Positions 11,158 to 22,418 of a stretch of DNA of 64,000 bases are shown here, one piece after another. The notes beneath the pieces were generated by a model, which made no database searches, was not told the origin of the DNA, and saw only the letters and a program-made list of their open reading frames with translations. Both the position numbers and the translations under genes were made by a program. The stretch lies in NCBI RefSeq assembly GCF_000027125.1, contig NC_017626.1; one strand, 5' to 3'. This DNA comes from Escherichia coli 042. GTDB lineage: Bacteria > Pseudomonadota > Gammaproteobacteria > Enterobacterales > Enterobacteriaceae. The stretch's first letter is position 1. The number at the start of each line of letters is the position of its first letter.

Positions 11158-12405
11158 TTACAGGCTATCGATTAACAATTTGCCTTTACGGAACATCATC
11201 AGACGCAGGAACACCACCATCAGCGCAGTAATGACTGCCCCCAACGCGATCCCCGCCATGTAGACGCCGAGGTTAGTGACCAGCGGCCATGCCCAGATAG
11301 CGGACTCCGGGAACCATTGCACTGCGCCCAGCCAGACTGCAGCGGTTGAGCCGACAATCGCGCCGACCATATAGGACGGAATGGCGGTGATGGGGCTTTC
11401 CAGTGCAAACGGAATCGCACCTTCACTGATCCCCATAAACGCCAGGAACATGGCGGTTTTACCCTGCGGATAAAGCTGAGCACTGAACAGACGTTTGCCG
11501 GTTAAACGGCGGTCGATAATGGTCGCCAGACCCAGACCAATCGGCGGAATAACGATAGCGATAGAACGTGCGGTGACCGGTAATACGTGGTCCGTGGTAA
11601 AGCTGAAGGCAACGAAACCAGCTGCTTTGTTGATCGGGCCACCAAGGTCAATTGCTGTCGCCGCGGCGATCCCCATCGCGTACATCAGCGCGCCCTTCTC
11701 ACCTGCGGCAGTCAGCACGGTACGGATACCGCCGTTGATCCAGCCGCCAAAGGGGGTGATGACGTAGTACATCGCCAGCATGACAAAAATGGCGGAAAGA
11801 ATCGGTAGCAAAAATGTGGTTTTGAACGCTAACAGGAAATCCGGTAACTGGATTTTCTGGTTCATCCATTTCACAAGGTAACCAGCAACGATAGAAATAA
11901 TCAGGGCACCAATGAAGGTGGACGGCACCGGCGAAGAGGTCGCCCATTGCATAGTGCTGGGATCGAAGTTCAGCAGTTGCGTCGGCTGGGTAGACATCAA
12001 GCCGCCAATAAAACCAGCCGGGAACGCCAGTTTGCCGCCGATAGAGTTCGCCACAAAAGCGGCAAACATCGGAATGGCGAAACCAAACAACACGCCGCCG
12101 AAGGACTGCGACAGCCAGGCAAATTTCAGTAAGGAAAGGTCGAAACCGGAGAATTTCCCGCTATTAAGAGCATCCATGATGCCGATATCAGCAGGAATTT
12201 TAAGCCAGCTATAAGCAATCAGCTGGCTGAAAGCGAGGATCACACCGCCCATAATTAAGGTCGGCACCATGCGTGAAATCCCTGACATCACATGCTGCGG
12301 GAGTTCACCCCAGAAGCTGCTTTTAGAGGCCTGCGGATTCTTAACTGCCGCTGCCGCACCGGATGCGCCAGGCACAACGGTTGCACTGCGTTTTTTAATG
12401 GCCAT
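11158..12405 (-). CDS. fryC: PTS EIIC component, fructose-like
   Basis: 415-aa polytopic membrane protein. Matches FryC/YpdG. Confidence 0.92.
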   Translation of the reverse strand: MAIKKRSATVVPGASGAAAAVKNPQASKSSFWGELPQHVMSGISRMVPTLIMGGVILAFSQLIAYSWLKIPADIGIMDALNSGKFSGFDLSLLKFAWLSQSFGGVLFGFAIPMFAAFVANSIGGKLAFPAGFIGGLMSTQPTQLLNFDPSTMQWATSSPVPSTFIGALIISIVAGYLVKWMNQKIQLPDFLLAFKTTFLLPILSAIFVMLAMYYVITPFGGWINGGIRTVLTAAGEKGALMYAMGIAAATAIDLGGPINKAAGFVAFSFTTDHVLPVTARSIAIVIPPIGLGLATIIDRRLTGKRLFSAQLYPQGKTAMFLAFMGISEGAIPFALESPITAIPSYMVGAIVGSTAAVWLGAVQWFPESAIWAWPLVTNLGVYMAGIALGAVITALMVVFLRLMMFRKGKLLIDSL

Positions 12406-12426
12406 AACAATTATCCCTGTCGAATA

Positions 12427-12753
12427 TTACTGTTGTTCAGAGGCAATCATCTCTTCGATTTCTTTGATGATGCCCGCAGCGTTTTTAATTGCGTCCTGCA
12501 AAGTGATTTCATAAACGTCGCGTGATTCGAAACGTTCGTTATCTTCCGGGGTAACCGCCACGGAGTGGATGATGATGGTCGCTTCGGCGATATCCTGCGC
12601 GGTCAGGCGATTCTGGATGCCGTCCGCGCCCTGAGTTTCAATTTTCACTTCATAGCCTGCTTCCACCGCCGCTTCTTCCAGCGCCTGGGCAGCCATAAAG
12701 GTGTGAGCCAGACCCATCGGGCAGGCACATAAAGCAATCAGTTTCTTACTCAT
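12427..12753 (-). CDS. fryB: PTS EIIB component, fructose-like
   Basis: 108 aa from ATG 12753 with a GAGGA SD. It has the active-site Cys motif CACPMGLAHT. The 125-aa ORF-track extension is rejected. Confidence 0.9.
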   Translation of the reverse strand: MSKKLIALCACPMGLAHTFMAAQALEEAAVEAGYEVKIETQGADGIQNRLTAQDIAEATIIIHSVAVTPEDNERFESRDVYEITLQDAIKNAAGIIKEIEEMIASEQQ

Positions 12754-12934
12754 CGTTAATTCCTCGTTCAGTGATAGTTGACGAGTGAAATTATGAACGT
12801 GCAAAACAAATCGCCGTTACCAGACAAATAATGCATTTACTGGAGAATTAATCCCGCTGCACGGAAGTGTGACGCAGGTCGGCCTTGTGAGGGGACACAA
12901 AGGAAAATTGAATTAACTGTATGATTTAAAAGAT

Positions 12935-12958
12935 TATCGGGAGAGTTACCTCCCGATA
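12935..12958 (-). terminator. Hairpin terminator after glk
   Basis: tatcgggag-(6 nt)-ctcccgata is a 9-bp stem lying 14 nt after the glk stop. The U-tract on the minus strand is moderate. Confidence 0.55.
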
Positions 12959-12971
12959 TAACAGGAAGGAT

Positions 12972-13937
12972 TTACAGAATGTGACCTAAGGTCTGGCGTA
13001 AATGTGCACCGGAACCGAGAAGACCCGGATTGTCATGGACGATGAGATACACCGGAATATCATGGACATATTCTTTAAAGCGCCCTTTATCTTCAAATGC
13101 GGCACGGAAACCGGAGGCTTTGAAGAACTCAAGGAAGCGCGGCACGATACCACCCGCAATAAACACGCCGCCAAATGTCCCGAGATTGAGCGCCAGATTG
13201 CCGCCAAAACGGCCCATAATGACGCAAAACAGCGACAACGCGCGGCGGCAATCGGTGCAGCTGTCAGCCAGCGCACGTTCGGTAATATCTTTTGGCTTGA
13301 GATTTTCTGGCAGGCGGTTGTCGGCTTTCACAATCGCGCGATACAAATTCACCAGCCCAGGACCAGAAAGCACGCGCTCTGCCGAAACATGACCAATTTC
13401 TGCACGCAGTATTTCGAGGATAATGCCCTCTTCTTCACTATTCGGCGCAAAATCAACGTGACCGCCTTCGCCTGGCAAGCTTACCCAACGCTTATCTACA
13501 TGGACCAGATGCGCAACCCCAAGCCCCGTTCCGGCACCGTAAACCGCAATAGGCTTACCTTCGACCGGTTCTGCGCCACCAAACTGAATCAGATGCTCTT
13601 TTTTCAGCATCGGGATCGCCATCGATACAGCGGTAAAATCGTTAATAATTTCCAGATGGCTAAAACCGAGATTCTTTTTCATTTCGGCAATTGAGAACGC
13701 CCAGGTATGGTTGGTCATTGCCACCCAGTCACCGGTAATTGGGCAAGCGATGGCAATACAGCCGTCTTTCACCTCGACCTTATGTTCTTCAAGATAAACG
13801 CGAATGACCGCTTCGAGGCTGGGGTAATCAAGCCCTGAATAGGTCTTAGCCTGCGAGATTTCACCACTGGCAATATCACACAGAGCAAGACGTGCGTTGG
13901 TGCCGCCCACATCACCGACTAATGCATACTTTGTCAT
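12972..13937 (-). CDS. glk: Glucokinase
   Basis: 321 aa, [19 protein letters not shown]... is recognised as E. coli Glk. Confidence 0.96.
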   Translation of the reverse strand: MTKYALVGDVGGTNARLALCDIASGEISQAKTYSGLDYPSLEAVIRVYLEEHKVEVKDGCIAIACPITGDWVAMTNHTWAFSIAEMKKNLGFSHLEIINDFTAVSMAIPMLKKEHLIQFGGAEPVEGKPIAVYGAGTGLGVAHLVHVDKRWVSLPGEGGHVDFAPNSEEEGIILEILRAEIGHVSAERVLSGPGLVNLYRAIVKADNRLPENLKPKDITERALADSCTDCRRALSLFCVIMGRFGGNLALNLGTFGGVFIAGGIVPRFLEFFKASGFRAAFEDKGRFKEYVHDIPVYLIVHDNPGLLGSGAHLRQTLGHIL

Positions 13938-14140
13938 TCTTCAACTGCTCCGCTAAAGTCAAAATAATTCTTTCTCACACTGTAAATACCTGGGGGCATA
14001 ACAACAACGCCGGAAAGGCAGGCTCCCTGTAAATATCGATCTGGGTCACACAATTACTTTATCGTTTCAGCACCAATTGCAGCGATGCCTTTTTGCAAGC
14101 TGGGCAAACTAAGTATCTGACCCCGCATAAGGAATAGAAT

Positions 14141-15397
14141 ATGCTCCATCCGCGAGCCAGAACCATGTTGTTATTATCGCTCCCCGCCGTGGCAATTGGG
14201 ATTGCGTCCAGTCTTATTCTGATTGTGGTGATGAAAATCGCCTCGGTATTACAGAATTTGCTCTGGCAACGACTGCCGGGAACTCTGGGGATAGCCCAGG
14301 ATTCACCTTTCTGGATCATCGCCATATTAACGCTAACAGGTATTGCGGTGGGGTTGGTTATCCGTTTCAGCCAGGGGCATGCCGGACCAGACCCCGCCTG
14401 TGAACCGCTGATCGGCGCACCAGTTCCGCCCTCTGCGCTACCAGGACTTATCGTAGCATTAATTCTCGGTCTTGCTGGCGGCGTCAGCCTGGGGCCGGAA
14501 CATCCGATCATGACCGTCAATATCGCCCTTGCGGTTGCCATTGGCGCTCGTCTGTTACCGCGCGTCAACCGAATGGAGTGGACTATTTTAGCCTCTGCCG
14601 GCACCATCGGCGCGCTGTTTGGCACACCTGTTGCGGCGGCGTTGATATTTTCGCAAACCTTAAATGGCAGTAGTGAAGTTCCGCTATGGGATCGTCTTTT
14701 TGCGCCATTAATGGCGGCAGCAGCTGGTGCACTTACTACCGGATTATTTTTCCATCCCCATTTTTCACTGCCCATTGCGCATTACGGACAGATGGAAATG
14801 ACCGATATTCTCAGCGGTGCAATTGTCGCGGCGATTGCCATCGCAGCAGGGATGGTCGCCGTATGGTGCTTACCACGGTTGCACGCGATGATGCATCAAA
14901 TGAAAAATCCGGTGCTCGTGCTGGGTATTGGCGGATTTATTCTCGGTATTCTGGGGGTTATGGGTGGACCAGTTTCGCTGTTTAAAGGGCTGGATGAGAT
15001 GCAGCAGATGGTGGCAAATCAGGCTTTCAGCACCAGCGATTACTTTTTGCTGGCGGTGATTAAACTTGCCGCCCTGGTCGTTGCTGCCGCCAGTGGCTTT
15101 CGCGGTGGACGAATCTTCCCGGCAGTGTTTGTCGGCGTGGCATTAGGGTTGATGCTGCATGAGCACGTTCCCCCCGTTCCAGCGGCAATAACCGTTTCCT
15201 GCGCTATTCTCGGCATCGTGCTGGTGGTAACACGCGATGGCTGGTTAAGTCTTTTTATGGCGGCAGTCGTTGTACCCAATACCACATTGCTACCGCTGCT
15301 CTGTATCGTCATGCTTCCGGCATGGCTGTTATTAGCAGGTAAGCCGATGATGATGGTCAATCGTCCGAAGCAACAGCCACCCCACGATAACGTTTAG
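14141..15397 (+). CDS. yfeO: ClC-like ion transport membrane protein
   Basis: 418-aa polytopic membrane protein. Matches YfeO. Confidence 0.9.
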   Translation: MLHPRARTMLLLSLPAVAIGIASSLILIVVMKIASVLQNLLWQRLPGTLGIAQDSPFWIIAILTLTGIAVGLVIRFSQGHAGPDPACEPLIGAPVPPSALPGLIVALILGLAGGVSLGPEHPIMTVNIALAVAIGARLLPRVNRMEWTILASAGTIGALFGTPVAAALIFSQTLNGSSEVPLWDRLFAPLMAAAAGALTTGLFFHPHFSLPIAHYGQMEMTDILSGAIVAAIAIAAGMVAVWCLPRLHAMMHQMKNPVLVLGIGGFILGILGVMGGPVSLFKGLDEMQQMVANQAFSTSDYFLLAVIKLAALVVAAASGFRGGRIFPAVFVGVALGLMLHEHVPPVPAAITVSCAILGIVLVVTRDGWLSLFMAAVVVPNTTLLPLLCIVMLPAWLLLAGKPMMMVNRPKQQPPHDNV

Positions 15398-15511
15398 CAA
15401 AAAATGCTCTCCTTTATGATTTAAGAGTTATGGCGATGATACGGGGCTTTACCTCCCCGTAATATTGCGTTAACAGGCCGCTGACGGCTTCGATCGTGAA
15501 GGAGAATAACA

Positions 15512-15838
15512 ATGTTCAGGTCACTGTTTCTGGCGGCCGCCCTGATGGCATTTACCCCGCTTGCGGCAAACGCAGGTGAAATCACCCTACTGCCATCAAT
15601 CAAATTACAAATTGGCGATCGCGATCATTACGGTAATTACTGGGACGGTGGTCACTGGCGCGACCGTGACTACTGGCATCGCAATTATGAATGGCGTAAG
15701 AACCGCTGGTGGCGTCATGATAATGGCTACCATCGTGGCTGGGATAAGCGTAAAGCGTATGAGCGTGGCTATCGTGAAGGCTGGCGCGATCGTGACGATC
15801 ATCGCGGAAAAGGCCGCGGACATGGACATCGCCATTAA
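15512..15838 (+). CDS. ypeC: Secreted Arg/Asp/His/Trp-rich low-complexity protein (DUF2502)
   Basis: 108 aa with signal peptide [21 protein letters not shown]. The mature part is charged and aromatic repeats that end in GRGHGHRH. Matches YpeC. Confidence 0.88.
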
Positions 15839-15862
15839 ACGCGTCCGTCAATGGAGCACAAT

Positions 15863-15951
15863 GCCTGATGCGACGCTAGCGCGTCTTATCAGGCCTACAA
15901 ACCGTCTCTTTAACGCGTAGGGCGGATAAGGCGTTTTACGCCGCATCCGCC
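15863..15951. repeat. REP pair (BIME) between ypeC and mntH
   Basis: gcctgatgcgacgc...gcgtcttatcaggcctac together with the inverted gtagggcggataaggcg...cgccgcatccgcc. These are canonical E. coli REP palindromes. Confidence 0.88.
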
Positions 15952-15979
15952 AATGGTGCCAGATGCGACACCAGCTGAA

Positions 15980-17227
<1,248 letters not shown>

Positions 17228-17230
17228 CTA

Positions 17231-17252
17231 AAACATAGCCTTTGCTATGTTT
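17231..17252. promoter_or_regulatory. MntR operator of mntH
   Basis: Perfect inverted repeat AAACATAGC-cttt-GCTATGTTT, 13 nt upstream of the mntH ATG. It matches the MntR box described for this promoter. Confidence 0.8.
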
Positions 17253-17267
17253 CATGCTATGCCAAAC

Positions 17268-17286
17268 GAGAATGATTATCAAATTC
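17268..17286. promoter_or_regulatory. Fur box of mntH
   Basis: GAGAATGATTATCAAATTC matches the consensus GATAATGATAATCATTATC at 14 of 19 positions. It lies just upstream of the MntR box. Confidence 0.6.
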
Positions 17287-17423
17287 ATTTAAATGGGTTG
17301 TGGTGATTTCTCTGATAGACCAGGATTATGACTACGAAAAGATTGATGACTTGAATGTTATGGTTATGTTTAATGTTAGCACATTTACATAACTTTCAGC
17401 TTCCATACACAACATAGCAGAAA

Positions 17424-17439
17424 TGTATGACAGCTCACT
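17424..17439. promoter_or_regulatory. Candidate CRP site upstream of nupC
   Basis: TGTAT-gacagc-TCACT compared with TGTGA-N6-TCACA. nupC is known to be CRP/CytR controlled. The exact site assignment is not verified. Confidence 0.3.
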
Positions 17440-17553
17440 ATTTTTGAAGCTGGTCACAGGACGTCATTATAGTGTGTGTCAGATCTCGTTTTCCTTAACC
17501 ATGTTACATAGAATGTGCACGGAAATTTAACCTGCCTCATATTTGGAGCAAAT

Positions 17554-18756
17554 ATGGACCGCGTCCTTCATTTTGTACTGGCACTTGCCGTTGTTGCGAT
17601 TCTCGCACTGCTGGTAAGCAGCGACCGCAAAAAAATTCGTATCCGTTATGTTATTCAACTGCTTGTTATCGAAGTGTTACTGGCGTGGTTCTTCCTGAAC
17701 TCCGACGTTGGTTTAGGCTTCGTGAAAGGCTTCTCCGAAATGTTCGAAAAACTGCTCGGATTTGCCAACGAAGGGACTAACTTCGTCTTTGGTAGCATGA
17801 ATGATCAAGGCCTGGCATTCTTCTTCCTGAAAGTGCTGTGTCCAATCGTCTTTATCTCTGCACTGATCGGTATTCTCCAGCACATTCGCGTGTTGCCGGT
17901 GATTATCCGCGCAATTGGTTTCCTGCTCTCCAAAGTCAACGGCATGGGCAAACTGGAATCCTTTAACGCCGTCAGCTCCCTGATTCTGGGTCAGTCTGAA
18001 AACTTTATTGCCTATAAAGATATCCTTGGCAAAATCTCCCGTAACCGTATGTACACCATGGCAGCAACGGCGATGTCCACCGTGTCGATGTCCATCGTTG
18101 GTGCATACATGACCATGCTGGAACCGAAATACGTCGTTGCAGCGCTGGTACTGAACATGTTCAGCACCTTTATCGTGCTGTCGCTGATCAACCCTTACCG
18201 TGTTGATGCCAGCGAAGAGAACATTCAGATGTCCAACCTACACGAAGGTCAGAGCTTCTTCGAAATGCTGGGTGAATACATTCTGGCAGGTTTCAAAGTT
18301 GCCATTATCGTTGCCGCAATGCTGATCGGCTTTATCGCCCTGATCGCCGCGCTGAACGCACTGTTTGCTACCGTGACTGGCTGGTTTGGCTACAGCATCT
18401 CCTTCCAGGGCATCCTGGGCTACATCTTCTATCCGATTGCATGGGTGATGGGTGTTCCTTCCAGTGAAGCACTGCAAGTGGGCAGTATCATGGCGACCAA
18501 ACTGGTTTCCAACGAGTTCGTTGCGATGATGGATCTGCAGAAAATTGCTTCCACGCTCTCTCCGCGTGCTGAAGGCATCATCTCTGTGTTCCTGGTTTCC
18601 TTCGCTAACTTCTCTTCTATCGGGATTATCGCCGGTGCGGTTAAAGGCCTGAATGAAGAGCAAGGTAACGTGGTTTCTCGCTTCGGTCTGAAGCTGGTTT
18701 ACGGCTCTACCCTGGTGAGTGTGCTGTCTGCGTCAATCGCAGCACTGGTGCTGTAA
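17554..18756 (+). CDS. nupC: Nucleoside:H+ symporter (CNT family)
   Basis: 400 aa from ATG 17554 ([14 protein letters not shown]...). The ORF-track start at 17515 is rejected. Confidence 0.94.
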
Positions 18757-18766
18757 GACCATACAT

Positions 18767-18798
18767 AAAAAAGCCGGGGATCATTCCCCGGCTTTTTT
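18767..18798. terminator. Bidirectional terminator between nupC and pdeA
   Basis: aaaaaagccgggga-tcat-tccccggctttttt is a 9-bp GC stem flanked by an A-run and a T-run. Confidence 0.88.
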
Positions 18799-18805
18799 AC
18801 GCCTG

Positions 18806-20995
18806 TTAATCAGCTAATGGCTGCGGGCGACCAATCAAATACCCTTGCAGATATTGCACCCCGAGCTTATGCAATAGCGCCTGCTGCTGTTGCGTCTCGA
18901 CAAACTCCGCGACCACACTCAATGACTTCGCTTTCGCCAGATCGGTAATTGATCTCACAATCATCGCATCCAGCGTATTCGTGACGATATCTTTCACAAA
19001 GACGCCATCAATTTTGATGATATCAGCCTGCAAACGCTTTAACCGTTCGTAGTTGGCATAACCGGTGCCAAAGTCATCAATCGCAATCCGGAAACCAAAC
19101 TTATGCAGTTGCTCGATGTTGTACATGCTGCTTTCTGCGTTAGAAAACGCCTGCTCCTCGGTGATCTCAAGAATGACCGCCTGCGGGGAGATGTTATAAC
19201 GCTTAAACAGACGAATAATCCGCCCGGCAATATTCTTTTGCAGCAGCGTGAGCGGCATTAAATTGACTGAAAAGCGCGGGCCTTTTTTGTCGCAAGGATG
19301 TGTTGCCAGCCACTTCAACAGGGATTCCAGCACTTGCAAATCAAAACGCGCGCTAAGGTTAAACTGAGCAATAAGGGGCAGAAACTTATCCGGGGTCATA
19401 ATGCCACCGTCATATTTCAGTCGCGCGAGGATCTCATCATAACCTTCACCCTCTTTGTTGCGAATTGGCTGGGCGTAGAGCAGCAAATCACCCTGATCTA
19501 ACGCCGTGCGAATGGTATTCAGCAATAGCACCTGTTTAGTGGTCTGCCCGGAAACCATCTCCTCTCTGCTATCCAGCGCCAGCACATGGTGATGTGCGCA
19601 GGATTGCTCCGCCAGCCAGCTTAACTGCCCCAACAAGGGTTGCAGGGTTTCCTGATTTCCATCAAAACGCCCCCAGGCAGCACCATAGCCCATATCCAGC
19701 CCGGTATTGTTCCAGTGAATTTGCCGACTATTCAGGATGTTAACCATATGCTGGAGTCGCCCTTCCGTTTCCGGCCCACTCAGCACTAACAGCAGTTCAC
19801 TACCCGGCAATTGATACAACTTTTCATTTTCCTGCATCAACGGCAGCAGCGTACGGTAAATTGATCGGATACAGTGAACGCGCATCATTAAGCCGTAATG
19901 ACGACTCATAAACTCAAGATTATCAATGCGCAGGCAGCAAAAACTCTTGCCCGCCTCTTGCTCCGGCGCTTGTTCTAACGCACGAAAGTTGGGTAGGAGC
20001 GTTAACGGATCGGTCAGCGCCTGCAAATGCCAGCGGCGATTAAGCCATTCACTGCGATGATAAATGCGCACCATATAGAGCAGGCAAACGCTAAAGGAAA
20101 TCAGCACCGCGAGAATAAATGCCAGCGAATATTCGGTTTCCACCCCTTGCAAAAAGTTCTGGTTGTAATTCAGAAGGCAAAGCGTTGAAACAGCCCAGGT
20201 GAGATTTAAAAACGGATAGCGGAGCTTACCGACCCCGAGGGTAAAGATAATGAAGAAAACGGGCACCAGGTAACCGGCAATAAAGTCATTTTCATACGGT
20301 GTGCACAGCAGAAGTAGCAGCACGCTTAACGCTGCCAGCCAGCTTAAGGTAAATGCGCGTTTCTCTTTGCCCAACGACGGAGCGATATCCCTGCGCCACA
20401 ATATCTGCGCAAAGTGGGGACTTACAATCATGCGAGTGAGATAGTAGAAAAGCATGTTGTAAATCAGCACAGCGGTGAAAAGGCTTAGCAAATCAACGAC
20501 CGTGAAAATGGCATCCGCATCGCCGAAAAAGGTGGATATCTTTAGCGGGAAATCAAAGAAGCTCCCCACAAGATACATGCTGCATTTGATGCCGATCGGC
20601 GTCACCAAACCAAGCCAGAACAGACGTTGCCAGACATATCGGCTGGTCAATCCATAACGCCAACGCGTCCCCAGCTGCCAGCGTAATATTGCGCAGGCAC
20701 ACAACACGACAAACGTCTGGCTGCCGAGCATGACCGCAGTCTGTAAAAAAGAGAGATGAAAGTTCCACAGATTGGTGCAAAACATCCCGCATAAAACGGG
20801 AACGACACCGCGCCAGCCAAAGATAAACAAGATTGACAGCATTACGCACAGTGGCATCCACGCCAGAAAGATATAACTGGAATGGATAATGGCAAGTGGC
20901 GAAATAAAACGGGATAGCTGAATAAGTACCACGGTGAGCGTAAACGCTAGTGTGAATATCTTGATATTTTTTATCAGGTTATGCTCCACAAACAT
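18806..20995 (-). CDS. pdeA: c-di-GMP phosphodiesterase (MASE1 - degenerate GGDEF - EAL)
   Basis: 729 aa from ATG 20995 (MFVEHNLIKN...). It has a multi-TM N-terminus and a C-terminal EAL domain (…DDFGTGYANYERL…). Matches YfeA/PdeA. The 749-aa extension is rejected. Confidence 0.9.
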   Translation of the reverse strand: MFVEHNLIKNIKIFTLAFTLTVVLIQLSRFISPLAIIHSSYIFLAWMPLCVMLSILFIFGWRGVVPVLCGMFCTNLWNFHLSFLQTAVMLGSQTFVVLCACAILRWQLGTRWRYGLTSRYVWQRLFWLGLVTPIGIKCSMYLVGSFFDFPLKISTFFGDADAIFTVVDLLSLFTAVLIYNMLFYYLTRMIVSPHFAQILWRRDIAPSLGKEKRAFTLSWLAALSVLLLLLCTPYENDFIAGYLVPVFFIIFTLGVGKLRYPFLNLTWAVSTLCLLNYNQNFLQGVETEYSLAFILAVLISFSVCLLYMVRIYHRSEWLNRRWHLQALTDPLTLLPNFRALEQAPEQEAGKSFCCLRIDNLEFMSRHYGLMMRVHCIRSIYRTLLPLMQENEKLYQLPGSELLLVLSGPETEGRLQHMVNILNSRQIHWNNTGLDMGYGAAWGRFDGNQETLQPLLGQLSWLAEQSCAHHHVLALDSREEMVSGQTTKQVLLLNTIRTALDQGDLLLYAQPIRNKEGEGYDEILARLKYDGGIMTPDKFLPLIAQFNLSARFDLQVLESLLKWLATHPCDKKGPRFSVNLMPLTLLQKNIAGRIIRLFKRYNISPQAVILEITEEQAFSNAESSMYNIEQLHKFGFRIAIDDFGTGYANYERLKRLQADIIKIDGVFVKDIVTNTLDAMIVRSITDLAKAKSLSVVAEFVETQQQQALLHKLGVQYLQGYLIGRPQPLAD

Positions 20996-21167
20996 GAGTA
21001 CACTACTCTCACTGATCGGGGTTTTCAGGCACACAAATAATAAGTTTATTCGCATCGCGAAGCAAACAGGGGCCAGCCTGTTGCCGATTTTTCATCCAAT
21101 GATGCTTTCACCAGGCGGCACTAACCCGGACGTAGACTGTATTACAAAAGCGGCAAAAAGCAGAGAC

Positions 21168-21193
21168 AAAAAACCCCCGCTTTGCAGCGAGGG
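21168..21193 (-). terminator. Terminator of the alaW-alaX tRNA operon
   Basis: On the minus strand, ccctcgc-tgcaaa-gcggggg is followed by tttttt, 10 nt after the alaX 3' end. Confidence 0.65.
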
Positions 21194-21202
21194 TTGGAAA
21201 TT

Positions 21203-21278
<76 letters not shown>

Positions 21279-21317
21279 ACGATGCGTTTACGTACCAAAT
21301 TTGCTGGGTGCAAAATT

Positions 21318-21393
<76 letters not shown>

Positions 21394-21425
21394 GTCACGT
21401 AAAGCTTGTCGAGTTGACGGGCGGC

Positions 21426-21454
21426 ATCATATGAATTCCGCCCGAATGTGTCAA
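21426..21454 (-). promoter_or_regulatory. sigma70 promoter of alaW-alaX
   Basis: On the minus strand, TTGACA-17 nt-TATGAT is followed by the GC-rich discriminator gccgccc, about 30 nt upstream of alaW. Confidence 0.75.
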
Positions 21455-21628
21455 CGGCAAAATGCAGCGTGTAGTTTCAATCGCTGAAAAATCAGGCAAA
21501 TGAACAATTTTGGAAAACCGCTCGCATTCAGTAGTTATTCATGTCACGGTTTCCTGTAAAGTGGTGTTATAAAATGAACTACTAATAGACCCACATACAT
21601 TCAGGGAATTGTTATGTTCAAGGAGAGG

Positions 21629-21973
21629 ATGACACCAGATGAACTTGCCAGATTGACCGGCTATAGCCGCCAGACCATCAATAAATGGGTACGCAAGGAA
21701 GGCTGGACAACGTCACCAAAACCAGGCGTCCAGGGTGGCAAAGCCCGACTGGTTCACGTCAATGAACAGGTTCGTGAATATATTCGCAATGCTGAACGTC
21801 CAGAAGGTCAGGGAGAAGCGCCTGCCCTGTCTGGTGATGCGCCGCTTGAAGTGTTGCTGGTGACACTGGCGAAAGAGATGACGCCAGTTGAACAAAAACA
21901 GTTTACATCCTTGCTTCTGCGGGAAGGGATTATCGGATTGTTACAACGCTTAGGGATTCGCGATAGCAAATAA
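21629..21973 (+). CDS. yfeC: Small HTH DNA-binding protein (DUF1323)
   Basis: 114 aa from ATG 21629 with AAGGAGAGG immediately upstream. An alternative start at 21614 gives 119 aa. Matches YfeC. Confidence 0.88.
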   Translation: MTPDELARLTGYSRQTINKWVRKEGWTTSPKPGVQGGKARLVHVNEQVREYIRNAERPEGQGEAPALSGDAPLEVLLVTLAKEMTPVEQKQFTSLLLREGIIGLLQRLGIRDSK

Positions 21974-21974
21974 T

Positions 21975-22367
21975 ATGAAAAGATTACGCAATAAAATGAC
22001 CACCGAAGAACTGGCTGAATGCCTCGGTGTGGCTAAACAAACTGTTAACCGTTGGATCAGAGAAAAAGGCTGGAAAACGGAAAAATTTCCTGGCGTGAAA
22101 GGCGGTCGTGCCAGACTTATTCTGGTCGATACGCAAGTTTGTGAGTTTATTCAGAACACGCCAGCCTTCCATAACACGCCGATGCTTCTGGAAGCCGAAG
22201 AACCCCTTGCCGAATACGCACCGGGTATTCGCACCCCTGCTTATCGGCAAATCATCAGCGCAATAGACAACATGACTCATAGCGAGCAGGAAAAAGTTGC
22301 GCAATTTTTGTCACGCGAAGGAATTCGTCATTTCCTTGCTCGTCTCGACATAGATGAATCAGCATAA
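21975..22367 (+). CDS. yfeD: Small HTH DNA-binding protein (DUF1323), paralogue of YfeC
   Basis: 130 aa, starting 1 nt after the yfeC stop. By eye it is about 45% identical to YfeC over the first 60 residues. Confidence 0.9.
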   Translation: MKRLRNKMTTEELAECLGVAKQTVNRWIREKGWKTEKFPGVKGGRARLILVDTQVCEFIQNTPAFHNTPMLLEAEEPLAEYAPGIRTPAYRQIISAIDNMTHSEQEKVAQFLSREGIRHFLARLDIDESA

Positions 22368-22370
22368 ATT

Positions 22371-22409
22371 AAAAACGGCAGGGGTATCTCTCCTGCCGTT
22401 TATCTTTTT
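22371..22409. terminator. Bidirectional terminator between yfeD and gltX
   Basis: aaaaacggcagg-(9 nt)-cctgccgtt followed by tatcttttt, lying between convergent genes. Confidence 0.8.
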
Positions 22410-22418
22410 ACACGCTAA

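Noticed and set aside
15561-15920. Four additional ORFs overlapping ypeC in other frames and on the other strand (15561-15920, 15600-15851, 15605-15835, 15421-15603).
   Set aside because: The ypeC coding repeat (GAT/CGT/GGC/TGG-rich) lacks stop codons in several frames. Only the ypeC frame has a signal peptide, an SD (GAAGGAG) and a known homologue.
17443-17458. A second CRP-like half-site pair (TTTGA-agctgg-TCACA) 19 bp from the first candidate upstream of nupC.
   Set aside because: The centre-to-centre distance is too short for the tandem CRP/CytR architecture known from other nucleoside-catabolism promoters. I cannot decide from sequence alone which of the two, if either, is real.
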